From a virus (lineage: Duplodnaviria > Caudoviricetes), in the IMG/VR virus record IMGVR_UViG_3300048856_000102, positions 1 to 52,390 of that record: 52,390 nt of DNA. The stretch is one strand, 5' to 3'. Under the pieces are notes generated by a model. That model did no database searches and was not told the origin of the DNA. It saw only the letters and a list, made by a program, of their open reading frames with translations. Numbering within the stretch: position 1 is the first letter of the stretch; each line of letters starts with the position of its first letter. Shown piece after piece: positions 17,700 through 25,969 of this stretch. Made by a program: the position numbers and the translations under genes.

Positions 17700-19126
17700 G
17701 CGACCAAACGCCAATCCGCAACATTCCCAAAGATATCGAAGCCGAGGGCGGCCTGATCGCTTCCATACTCGTAGACAACACGATTTACGACGCCGTCTCG
17801 CGCATGATCGAACCGCAGCACTTCAGCGAAAAGCTATACGCTGAGGCTTTCACCATCATTGGCAACATGTTGAAAGCGGGCAAGTTCGTTTCAGCAGTCA
17901 CGCTCAAGAGCAAGCTTCCAGAGCACCTGCTAATTGTTGAGGGGCTGACGGTCGGTCAGCTCTTTCTCTCTATGACACAGCACGCTATCGGTTTGGCAGG
18001 TGCGAGGGGTTACGCCGAAGTCATCCACGAGATGTGGATTCGCCGGCAATTGATCGTTGCCGGCGAAGATCTGACCGCCACTGCCTACAATCTGCCGCCG
18101 GAAAAGAACATCATCGATGAGGTCGGCGCGATTGAGGAAAAGCTGGTCGAGATCAGGGCGGAGCGCTTGCGGGAAACCACAAGCATTGCCATGGGCGCCC
18201 GGTTCATCGAAGGCCTCAACATGGCCTACCAAGCCAAGGAGATTAAAGGCGTCGGCATCTGCCTGCCGGAGATATGCGAGGTTATTTCCGAGCCCTGCTT
18301 CGAGGCCGGCAATCTCTATGGCCTGTTGTCTTCGTCGGGTGAAGGCAAGACCAGCCTGACACTGCAGCAAATCTACCACGCCCTGATCAATGGTCACCCC
18401 GTCCAGTTCCAAAGCTATGACCAGAGCCAGGACCAGTGCATCCGCCAGATGGTGGCGCAGGTTTACGGCATAGAAGCCCGCCGGCAGCGTTCTGGCGATA
18501 TCAGCGAGAAAGAGTTCGGCGAGGCAATGGAACTGGCGCAGTGGCTCGACCGCAGCCGACTGTTCGAGGTGATCGAATGCAACGACGAGAATGCCGCCCA
18601 GCTATCAGGCTACGCCCGCAACTTCGTGAAGCGCCGCGGTAACGGCCGTGTTCCGCTCATAGTCACCGATCACATTGGTTCAGTTTCCCCCAGGACGGAC
18701 GACCAGCGTGCTGACGAAGGCACCAAGGCGAAGAACATCAACAAGGTGTTTAAATCGACAGCCAAAAGCTTGAATGCTGTCTGGTTGGTGCTGAACCAAC
18801 GCAACTCGAAAGGCATGAGCAGAGACAATCCCCGCCCGATCGCTGCCGATCTCTACGGAGGCGAGGGCGCCAAGCAGGCATACGATGCCGTCATGTATCT
18901 CTACCGGCAGGAGAAGTTCAAGGCCGAGCGTGTGGCCACAGCTGCCAACGATCGCGACTGGAAGACTATCAACAAGGTGTTTGCCGCGAATCCCGAGGGC
19001 ATTGCCGAGCTCGGTGCCGTGAAGGTTCGTTTTGGTAATCCTACTATCACCACCCGTGTCGATTTCGAAGCGAGGTTCACCCGCTATGTCTCCCAACGCA
19101 CGATCGAACAGCCGGAGTTGATTTGA
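17696..19126 (+). CDS. DnaB-like replicative helicase
   Basis: DIEAEGGLIASIL N-domain, Walker A SSSGEGKTS, IVTDH, VLNQRN, RPIAADL, YDAVMYLYR, KVRFG. Confidence 0.88.
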   Translation: MSDQTPIRNIPKDIEAEGGLIASILVDNTIYDAVSRMIEPQHFSEKLYAEAFTIIGNMLKAGKFVSAVTLKSKLPEHLLIVEGLTVGQLFLSMTQHAIGLAGARGYAEVIHEMWIRRQLIVAGEDLTATAYNLPPEKNIIDEVGAIEEKLVEIRAERLRETTSIAMGARFIEGLNMAYQAKEIKGVGICLPEICEVISEPCFEAGNLYGLLSSSGEGKTSLTLQQIYHALINGHPVQFQSYDQSQDQCIRQMVAQVYGIEARRQRSGDISEKEFGEAMELAQWLDRSRLFEVIECNDENAAQLSGYARNFVKRRGNGRVPLIVTDHIGSVSPRTDDQRADEGTKAKNINKVFKSTAKSLNAVWLVLNQRNSKGMSRDNPRPIAADLYGGEGAKQAYDAVMYLYRQEKFKAERVATAANDRDWKTINKVFAANPEGIAELGAVKVRFGNPTITTRVDFEARFTRYVSQRTIEQPELI

Positions 19127-19425
19127 TGAACTGCATTGCTGCCTGTGCCGTACCCGTTCCCCTTGGCTATCATGCCATGTGCCGGTTCAGCCATAACGCC
19201 AAGCCATGGCCGATCATGGATGGCGACAAACCTAAGGTGTTCACCGTTCGCGCCGATGCGCTCATAGCTGCCCAACAGCACGTAATCGACCATATCAATG
19301 GAACAATGCGCAGAGATGGCGTGACGCTCTCAGCGGCCCTATCTGAAGCCGAGAAGCTATTCCGTCCGGTCATCCGCAAGGCTGGCAGGAAAGCAGTCGT
19401 TGTCGAGATGAGGGCAAAAGCGTGA
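19123..19425 (+). CDS. Hypothetical protein
   Basis: Coupled to the helicase stop. Confidence 0.65.
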   Translation: MMNCIAACAVPVPLGYHAMCRFSHNAKPWPIMDGDKPKVFTVRADALIAAQQHVIDHINGTMRRDGVTLSAALSEAEKLFRPVIRKAGRKAVVVEMRAKA

Positions 19426-19625
19426 GAATGTGGTTTGCATACGAGTTATCAGACGCCGGCGTATGGGAGGCGGTCTGCTATCGCGTCAACTATGGTGATC
19501 CTGCATTGGATGATCGCCCGAGGACAAATCTTGTCGCTGTTCCAGCAAGTTGCATCGGCGACGACGGCGATCCACTCTTTGGCAGACTACGCGAGCGCTT
19601 CCCGCTGGAGGTGGTGGAGGGATGA
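19422..19625 (+). CDS. Small hypothetical protein
   Basis: GTGA and ATGA overlaps. Confidence 0.6.
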   Translation: MRMWFAYELSDAGVWEAVCYRVNYGDPALDDRPRTNLVAVPASCIGDDGDPLFGRLRERFPLEVVEG

Positions 19626-20062
19626 AAGAGCGCATTCAATCCATCTGTGGCGAATACGGCGTTTCAGTCATAGACGGGCGTCGGTATCCCGATCTGGGCG
19701 AAACACGCGCTGTGGCCACTCTGGAGAGAATTGCGAGGCGTTTCGGAGAAGGGCACTTGAGATTGGTCCTGTCCACCCTGGCGGAGACGGCCAACAACAA
19801 GGCGCTGCTCGATGAGGTGGGTCTGTGGATGGCCTCGGACATGATCCGGGCATGTGCCACGATCGTAGAGACGAGAACGGGTGATTGGCTGGAAACATGG
19901 GACGCTATGCCATTGGGACAACTGCAGTTTATTACACATGATTTATCTGGCGTCGTATCGCAGCGTCATGCCCTCGGTGGTATGGTCTACGAGCGGATAT
20001 ATAGGCGTTTCGGACCGAATGCGGATCAGCTCGATTTGCTAGACGACAGGAGAAGGCCATGA
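19622..20062 (+). CDS. Hypothetical phage protein
   Basis: ATG 19622 with GGAGG RBS; ETRAVATL..I...GE.H motif. Confidence 0.75.
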   Translation: MKERIQSICGEYGVSVIDGRRYPDLGETRAVATLERIARRFGEGHLRLVLSTLAETANNKALLDEVGLWMASDMIRACATIVETRTGDWLETWDAMPLGQLQFITHDLSGVVSQRHALGGMVYERIYRRFGPNADQLDLLDDRRRP

Positions 20063-20712
20063 ATATTGGAGACATTGCCGAACGCTTGATCGAGGCAGCC
20101 GAGATTGCGCGCTACAGTTATGATCCTGTCGGGCCGAAAAAGCTCAAGGCTCAAGCGCTGCCATACATGCATTCTACCGCTGACAAAAACGGATGGGGAA
20201 GTGAGCGTCTGGCCGAGGAACGTAAGGAGTTCTGGCAAAGCCTTTCTCGCAGTCCCACGGCCAGGCAGGTCTCGGAAGCAGAAGAGGCGTTTTCATGGCT
20301 TGCCTTGGTCAGTGACGAGGGGCAAAGATCAGCGTTGTCAGCATGGGTCGATTGCCATGTTGTCGGACGGCGATTCTTCAAGGATTGGTGCTTCGCAAAC
20401 GGCATCCATCCCGAGACTGGCAGAAGGCGAAAAGACCGCGCATTGTTCGCAATTCTGGGCCATCTCGTTCGTAAGCCATTGGTAAAGAACGAGAATGACG
20501 ATTTCGGCCTGTTGCTCGGTGACCCCGAAATAGACTACTTTGCAGATAAGATCAGGGACCGTGTCAAAAAAGACGGCATCTCCGCATGGTGGCAGGATGG
20601 AGCGTTCCAACCGATTATCGCTGGCGCCGAACACGACTTCTCGTGGGCCGATAAGCGAAACGAACAGAGACGTCAGCGCCGCGCAGCAATGCTCAAGAAG
20701 CAGGCGGCTTAA
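20059..20712 (+). CDS. Probable late-gene regulator (DUF6362-like, Q-equivalent position)
   Basis: IAERLIEAA...PTARQVSEAEEAFSWL; last gene of the early right operon. Confidence 0.6.
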   Translation: MNIGDIAERLIEAAEIARYSYDPVGPKKLKAQALPYMHSTADKNGWGSERLAEERKEFWQSLSRSPTARQVSEAEEAFSWLALVSDEGQRSALSAWVDCHVVGRRFFKDWCFANGIHPETGRRRKDRALFAILGHLVRKPLVKNENDDFGLLLGDPEIDYFADKIRDRVKKDGISAWWQDGAFQPIIAGAEHDFSWADKRNEQRRQRRAAMLKKQAA

Positions 20713-20960
20713 AGTTGCACTGCGATCGATCTTACCAGTTGTTTCAGATGGTCCGGCAGTAGGTTCGCCGTATTTCTTGATGCGGCCAAATTGAGAAGTG
20801 CGATATCAAGAGCTTGGCGATGAATGAGCCTGAAAGCTACCTTGCCGGATTCTATGTCTTGGTATGTCCTGTAAGGCAGACCCATCGCAACCGCCATCTC
20901 GGCCTGGGTAGCACCGAAAGTCTTGCGATAATCGGACAGAGATCGGATAACCTCGTTCAT
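20709..20960 (-). CDS. XRE-family HTH protein (moron)
   Basis: TQAEMAVAMGLPYRTYQDIESG; GAGGGA RBS. Confidence 0.85.
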   Translation of the reverse strand: MNEVIRSLSDYRKTFGATQAEMAVAMGLPYRTYQDIESGKVAFRLIHRQALDIALLNLAASRNTANLLPDHLKQLVRSIAVQL

Positions 20961-21028
20961 TGAATTGTCCCTCGTCATTTGTTACATTGGGAACCGGTGA
21001 ATATTGGTAGTATCCACCGGCCCCCAGT

Positions 21029-21097
21029 TTAGCGGCTAACGGAGAGTGTCAATCTCCATTTGCCGAACCGGATTTGGAAGGTGAGCTTTACGCTCAT
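21029..21097 (-). CDS. 22-aa cationic amphipathic peptide MSVKLTFQIRFGKWRLTLSVSR
   Basis: Perfect AGGAGG RBS 5 nt upstream; lies between a promoter and the HTH gene. Confidence 0.65.
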   Translation of the reverse strand: MSVKLTFQIRFGKWRLTLSVSR

Positions 21098-21104
21098 GGT
21101 GTCC

Positions 21105-21195
21105 TCCTAATCCCCGAAGCTTGAGTGCTTCGGTAAAATGACTATGCACGGAAACCGTGTTAGAGTAAAGCGTAAAAGCACGAAAACCGTGTAAA
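21105..21195 (-). promoter_or_regulatory. Leftward promoter with two operators and a 5' hairpin
   Basis: GCACG(G/A)AAACCGTGT at 21146-21160 and 21178-21192; TTTACT-N17-CATAGT; CCGAAGC/GCTTCGG hairpin. Confidence 0.7.
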
Positions 21196-21201
21196 TAAAT
21201 C

Positions 21202-21232
21202 AAGCCGTCTGGAGCAATCCGGGCGGCTTTTT
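21202..21232 (+). terminator. Rho-independent terminator-like hairpin
   Basis: AAGCCGTCTGGA-GCAA-TCCGGGCGGCTT-TTT. Confidence 0.75.
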
Positions 21233-21236
21233 CAGT

Positions 21237-21525
21237 TCAGGACGGCGACAGCGCAAGTCGAGACGGGCAGCTATTGCGAGCAAGGCCTTGTCCAGTCGGT
21301 TAAAAGGCAGGGGAAATCCCGCGTAGACTGCCAGCCTTCGGGCCCAATTACGGTGCGTCCTGAGATTTTCTTATGTAATCGGTTGGCTGCATCTGCGGCG
21401 AACTAATTACATAATAAGAACCAAAGCGCGACGGCGCACCGGGATCGAGCGTCAAGCTGTCAGACCTGCGACGATCTAAAAGAAATGCAGGCAGGGAACT
21501 GGACCCTTCACAAGAAACCAGCATC
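21237..21525 (+). ncRNA. Candidate structured RNA(s)
   Basis: TCAGGACG/CGTCCTGA closes a multi-hairpin junction (21237-21363); further long hairpin at 21368-21420. Confidence 0.45.
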
Positions 21526-21527
21526 CG

Positions 21528-21551
21528 CCCCGCCTAAGTGCGGGGTTTTTT
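21528..21551 (+). terminator. Rho-independent terminator
   Basis: CCCCGC-CTAAGT-GCGGGG-TTTTTT. Confidence 0.75.
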
Positions 21552-21774
21552 AATGAAGCAACGCTTGGCGCAGGTCGTCCAGCAATACCAGCGTCATAGG
21601 GGCTGCCTTGTCCTTCGCCATTTCCATGTAGTCGTGTAGTGCCGCTGAATACTGGCCTTGTTCAAGAGCGCCGTTGTGTTGCAGGCAGATGACCAGCATC
21701 TGAAACGCTGCTGTGACCGCTGACATATGCGCGGCAATGACTTCATGTTCGGGTGACAATGCTGGTTTTGGCAT
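21550..21774 (-). CDS. Small hypothetical protein (moron)
   Basis: GGAG RBS; 74 aa, helical. Confidence 0.6.
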   Translation of the reverse strand: MPKPALSPEHEVIAAHMSAVTAAFQMLVICLQHNGALEQGQYSAALHDYMEMAKDKAAPMTLVLLDDLRQALLH

Positions 21775-21824
21775 GACGTTTCTCCGTGTTTCATCGCACG
21801 CTATCACATTTCAAAAGGCTGACC

Positions 21825-22268
21825 ATGGACCTCTCACTTGCTCGCGAGATGATGGGTTATGCGGCCGAGCTGCTGAAGTACCGCTGTCCAGATGATCTGC
21901 CTGGAATAAGGGTCGAGCCAGAGCTCGAATGCCTGGGTCAAATACGCTGGTCGTGGCTACGCCCGCCGGTCATAGCGTTGCGACATTGGCGAGACGGTAA
22001 CCTTGGGGATCAGGGTGTTCTCGTCCACGAGATCGTGCATCACGTCCAGCGCTGCAACGACGTCGATATGCATGGGAACACCTTTTACATCTACGACAAG
22101 ACAGAGGTGGAAGCGATCACTGTCCAGTGCCGGTGGCTGCAGTCAAAGGGTGAAAACCCGCGAGACCATCTGTCCGAAGCTGCTGTCTACAAGATGACCG
22201 GCGACAAAGAGTTCGCAAAACTGGAATGGTTGGGAGTTGCACATGAGATGGACCAAAGGCGAGCCTGA
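21825..22268 (+). CDS. HExxH zincin-like protein (DUF6647-like)
   Basis: VLVHEIVHHVQ...E.EA...Q..WL. Confidence 0.7.
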   Translation: MDLSLAREMMGYAAELLKYRCPDDLPGIRVEPELECLGQIRWSWLRPPVIALRHWRDGNLGDQGVLVHEIVHHVQRCNDVDMHGNTFYIYDKTEVEAITVQCRWLQSKGENPRDHLSEAAVYKMTGDKEFAKLEWLGVAHEMDQRRA

Positions 22269-22446
22269 ACCGGCAATGGCTGATCCCATCCTTGTCACCC
22301 ACAAGGAGCACGGTCTGATGCTGGCGACATGGCAGGAGCATCGCGGATCCTACATCGGCGTGAAAGCGACCGGTGACACGCATGGCCCATTCTTTCACGG
22401 CATCATTGAGCCTGGCACGATAACGAAGTGGTTCAAGCCATCATGA
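22243..22446 (+). CDS. Small hypothetical protein
   Basis: GGGAG RBS; overlaps the previous gene. Confidence 0.5.
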   Translation: MRWTKGEPEPAMADPILVTHKEHGLMLATWQEHRGSYIGVKATGDTHGPFFHGIIEPGTITKWFKPS

Positions 22447-22460
22447 ACAGACGAAGCATT

Positions 22461-22736
22461 CTAATTGGTCAGGTTCGCACGAAACCATTCTGCGCCACCT
22501 TCATTCACTTTATACGTCGCCCAATCTGAACCACGCGTCAGTTCTACAACCAAAAGGCCATCGTCATCGTCCATCTCTTTTCTCAGAATGTCACGAATAG
22601 TGGAGGCTGGTCCTTTCAAAGAGCCGAACCACACTGATTTCAAAGGCGAGACGCATTTCATATTACGAAGAGCTTTGATGAGACTGTCGTAGTTTCGGAA
22701 CTTCCGCAGATCATAGCTAATCAAGTAGGCTGGCAT
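22461..22736 (-). CDS. Stand-alone Cas2/VapD-like ferredoxin-fold protein (moron)
   Basis: YLISYDL...Y..L...L......LKSVW...DDGLLV; AAGGAG RBS. Confidence 0.65.
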   Translation of the reverse strand: MPAYLISYDLRKFRNYDSLIKALRNMKCVSPLKSVWFGSLKGPASTIRDILRKEMDDDDGLLVVELTRGSDWATYKVNEGGAEWFRANLTN

Positions 22737-22829
22737 GCCCAAAGCTCCTTATTTTTTCTATTAGGTGGACTGCATTGGATGGGCAAAGGTCGAAATAATC
22801 AACTATCCATTTACGAGAGACTTCTTTGA

Positions 22830-23060
22830 ATGTTCATATCTCGCCCAATGCCACCGGAGACCATAATATCCATCGATGCCAGAATAGCCTTTGCTCCCGC
22901 TCCCGAACTGGTTGAGTGGGCAACGGCTACGTTCATCAACGATGACGGCAAGCTACACAAACCGGATCACTTACATTTGCAGTCTGCTTCGATCGGCATG
23001 CTCTGGACCAATGTCAGCAAGAGCCGCATCTTTGAGTTCGCCCGGCTGGAATGGCTCTAA
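22830..23060 (+). pseudogene. Truncated phage putative metallopeptidase
   Basis: RPMPP...FAPAPEL.EW...TFI..DG.LH.PDH.HL..A.IG.LWTN N-terminus, ending before any HExxH. Confidence 0.55.
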
Positions 23061-23073
23061 CCAAAACCGCTGT

Positions 23074-23286
23074 CTATTTTGAGGAAGAAGACTGCCGAAC
23101 TGCCTCACGCCATTGCAGGGAAATAGCCTCTGGCTCTTCGGTTACCAGGATGCAGAAGTGACTGGGGCTCTGCGGTCCTACCGTGTGAATGGTTGTGTGT
23201 TGTCCGTCTGGATACTTCTGAACCGCTATGATTGCGAATGGGTTGACATAGACAGGCTGTCCATCACTCGACGTGAACTTGAGCAT
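23074..23286 (-). CDS. Small FlbD-like beta protein
   Basis: MLKFT..DG.PVYVNP.AI.AV...TTI...VTEEPE; GGAGG RBS. Confidence 0.55.
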   Translation of the reverse strand: MLKFTSSDGQPVYVNPFAIIAVQKYPDGQHTTIHTVGPQSPSHFCILVTEEPEAISLQWREAVRQSSSSK

Positions 23287-23467
23287 TCTTTGGCCTCCGG
23301 ATTTGGCGTCGTAGGTACTAAGCCAGTCCATGAATTACCATCACGTTAAGCGGCACTCCTTTGACCTACCCAACCCGCGATAGGATACAGGCTTTCACTC
23401 ATACCGGATCGCCGGGAACAGTCGCCGCGAATGACATGTACGGGCTGTGAAGTGGGCAAGCGGGCAC

Positions 23468-24151
23468 CTAGGGATTGACGACAGCGGGCCTTTTCAACGC
23501 CTTAAGGCGGTTCACAAGGGTTTCAAATTGGTACACTGACTTCAGAAGTTCTTTTGCAAGCTCAATGGCGAGCTCGGCTTCCACTTCGGTTATCTGGTCA
23601 TAATCTTTAGCCTCGACGTGCGCCGCATCATTTCCAAGAATGCGAAGTTCATCGGCGGCAGACAAAAGCTCGGTTGGGATAACTGCGACAGAGCTCAGAC
23701 TTTCAATGCGTGCCTTCAGGTTGTTGCCCGTGGCGTTCTTGTTATCGCACAGCTCTTCCAATACCCGTCTCACCATCAAAGCTGACGCCTTGTAGCACCC
23801 CACGGAATGGCATTTGATGGCCTCTTCCAGACTCAACAATATAGGTTGGGGCAGATTGGTCGCGTCAAAGTCTATAACTTCCGGCGGATAGCTGGTAACG
23901 CGCTCTGTCCCGGCATCTCGAGACACGAAAACCAGGCCTTTACAATCATTGTTTGGACATTCGCGTAAACCCGCAAATGATTGGATTTGGTATGCGCCGC
24001 CGTTCGGGCGCTGTTTGTTTACTGGTCCCCACTGGATATCATTAACATTGTTGTAACCGCTAAACGCTCCCGAATGTCGGCAAATGGGGCATTTGATATT
24101 AATAACCGATGTTGCAACGAGTGTTACTCCTTTGGGAAATATAGCAGTCAT
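23468..24151 (-). CDS. DUF4145-domain (HEPN-related) protein with N-terminal Zn ribbon
   Basis: CPIC...CPNNDC; EAIKC...ASALMVRRVLE...L..RI..L...LRILGNDAAH. Confidence 0.85.
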   Translation of the reverse strand: MTAIFPKGVTLVATSVINIKCPICRHSGAFSGYNNVNDIQWGPVNKQRPNGGAYQIQSFAGLRECPNNDCKGLVFVSRDAGTERVTSYPPEVIDFDATNLPQPILLSLEEAIKCHSVGCYKASALMVRRVLEELCDNKNATGNNLKARIESLSSVAVIPTELLSAADELRILGNDAAHVEAKDYDQITEVEAELAIELAKELLKSVYQFETLVNRLKALKRPAVVNP

Positions 24152-24345
24152 ACTGTGCTCCGATTGGTGGGTGTGCCATTTCTATACATCTCCCCAATGT
24201 GATTTAGCGAGCATATTCTGAAGGCACGTCTTGACTTCCCCAGCCCAGAAGCGACGGCATATCGCAAGCTGTAGAAGAGCGCAGCATTGACACATAGAAG
24301 CTAGCCGTGGGCCAGATCGTCCGCATTGCCGGGATCATCGGGTTG

Positions 24346-24573
24346 TTAAAAGATGTTTCTGATAAACGGCAGGCCATCGCCACCTTGAGCATCAGACCTG
24401 GCCTTATCTAACAAAGATTCTCGCCTTCTGCGTGAGCGATTTGCGATCAGCTTGAGTGCTGTGCGAGATATGCGGAAACGACCGCAACCAGGGCAATCGA
24501 ATTCTGCGTAGTCGCCAACGGTTGGGATCACCTCAACCGGTTCGTCAGAAATAGGGCATGTCGTGCTTGTCAT
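24346..24573 (-). CDS. Small Zn-ribbon protein
   Basis: CPIS...FDCPGCGRFRIS; GGAGGAG RBS. Confidence 0.65.
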   Translation of the reverse strand: MTSTTCPISDEPVEVIPTVGDYAEFDCPGCGRFRISRTALKLIANRSRRRRESLLDKARSDAQGGDGLPFIRNIF

Positions 24574-24709
24574 TGACTGCCTCCTCCAAGGCGTGAGCGC
24601 TATCAACAGCTTATCCATTCAGAAAGCAAGCGAGTTGCTTGTCCCACGATGAAAGCAGCACGGTCTTCTTAGCAGTGGATGGAAGAGGGCAAGCGGGATT
24701 AATACCGAG

Positions 24710-24913
24710 CTAGAGCAGGCCAAACGAAACCAAGAATGGGTGTATCCCCGCTAACAGAGCGCCTGTCGCACCGATCGTTGCCAAGGTGAGTTCATATCCT
24801 CGAAGCTTCAACTGCTTGTAGACGTAGACTTTGCCATCCTTCCAATGAAGGTTGCCATCGTCATCCATCTTGAAGTTGTCGAGTTCATTCATGCTGATTG
24901 ATCGTAGTGCCAT
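24710..24913 (-). CDS. Small C-terminally membrane-anchored protein
   Basis: GGAGGG RBS; hydrophobic C-terminus. Confidence 0.6.
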   Translation of the reverse strand: MALRSISMNELDNFKMDDDGNLHWKDGKVYVYKQLKLRGYELTLATIGATGALLAGIHPFLVSFGLL

Positions 24914-24955
24914 GGTGCCCTCCGTCTATAGTAGAAATCCATAAGGCGCGATTGA

Positions 24956-25306
24956 ATGGCTCTCAAGACCCTCAAGCCCAAGGTTGGGATGCTTGCCCCA
25001 CGGCTAAAGCGATATACACCAGGTGACGAGACAGAGCGCTCACGCTTCAGGGACGAAACCCAGGCTTGGAGACGCTGGTACAAGACAGCCAAGTGGCAGA
25101 AGCTGAGATGGTCGGTACTGGTCAGGGATAAGTTCACCTGCCAGATGTGCAAGAGGCTGGAGCCCAACACGTCGCAGTTGGTATGTGATCACGTCGAACA
25201 GCATCACGGTAACGAAGAAGCATTTTGGTCCGGTCCATTCCAGACCCTCTGCAAGACCTGTCACGACAGCATAAAGCAGAAGCAGGAGCGCCGCTCAGCT
25301 CTCTAG
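24956..25306 (+). CDS. Packaging-associated HNH endonuclease (HK97 gp74-like)
   Basis: WYKTAKWQKLR..VL.RD.FTCQMC...CDH...H.G....FW..PFQTLCKTCHD; upstream of terS. Confidence 0.88.
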   Translation: MALKTLKPKVGMLAPRLKRYTPGDETERSRFRDETQAWRRWYKTAKWQKLRWSVLVRDKFTCQMCKRLEPNTSQLVCDHVEQHHGNEEAFWSGPFQTLCKTCHDSIKQKQERRSAL

Positions 25307-25843
25307 GTATCCAGGGTTCATCGCTACCCTCTCGGCAACATATCCGAATGCTTCGACCAAGAAGCGCGGCCTTGGCGCTGAGGTCGGATGGCGTATCGTA
25401 TATCGAAGGGCATACGAGCTTTGTTGTCCATGAAGGAAGGCAAGGTCGGCCAATGCCTTCGACAGTACTGTGTTCGGCTCGTGGCTGAAGTCGTCGTTTA
25501 CCCATAGGCCGCTTTCTCTGGCCTGCTCCCATACCAGTGCTGCTGCAGAGAATACCTCGTTTCGCAGGCTGGTATTTTCGCTTGCATCCCAAAGACGCAC
25601 AAGGTCATGGCCGTACTCTTTCCGGACTGAGTCTTGGTCGCGACCGAGCCGAATGAACGGATACTTCAAAAGCAGTTCGACACCATGCGACAGCAAGTGG
25701 AGGGCCGGCGTCTGTAGCATTCGCCCTTGGTTCTTCCATTCATCGGAATCGGTGAGAACGCGCGCAGCGCTTAGGTACCGATGCGCTCCCGCTATGAACT
25801 GACCGGCCTCGGTCATGAAGAAATGATCATCGGGATCTGACAT
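25295..25843 (-). CDS. HEPN-like domain protein (moron)
   Basis: HLLSHGVELLLK...GHDL..LW...ALRY pattern; AGGAGG RBS. Confidence 0.65.
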   Translation of the reverse strand: MSDPDDHFFMTEAGQFIAGAHRYLSAARVLTDSDEWKNQGRMLQTPALHLLSHGVELLLKYPFIRLGRDQDSVRKEYGHDLVRLWDASENTSLRNEVFSAAALVWEQARESGLWVNDDFSHEPNTVLSKALADLAFLHGQQSSYALRYTIRHPTSAPRPRFLVEAFGYVAERVAMNPGYLES

Positions 25844-25869
25844 GTCGCCTCCTAAGCCAATCCCTTTCA

Positions 25870-25960
25870 ACCTAGGTGGGGGGTGGGTCCAAAGTCCAGA
25901 GGCCTGCGACGGCTAGACCCGCGTCGTAGTCATCAACATATTATTTTTTTGGAGCACTGA
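25870..25960. other. Probable cos/packaging initiation region
   Basis: GGGGGGTGGGTCCAAAGTC...GACCCGCG element between the HNH and terS, as in HK97-like cos phages. Confidence 0.5.
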
Positions 25961-25969
25961 TTTTCAGCC

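Noticed and set aside
21230-21550. tRNA gene at the usual late position
   Set aside because: No cloverleaf with a T-arm GTTCRA motif and acceptor stem could be built.
22400-22830. CRISPR-Cas locus suggested by the Cas2-like gene
   Set aside because: No repeat-spacer array and no other cas genes.
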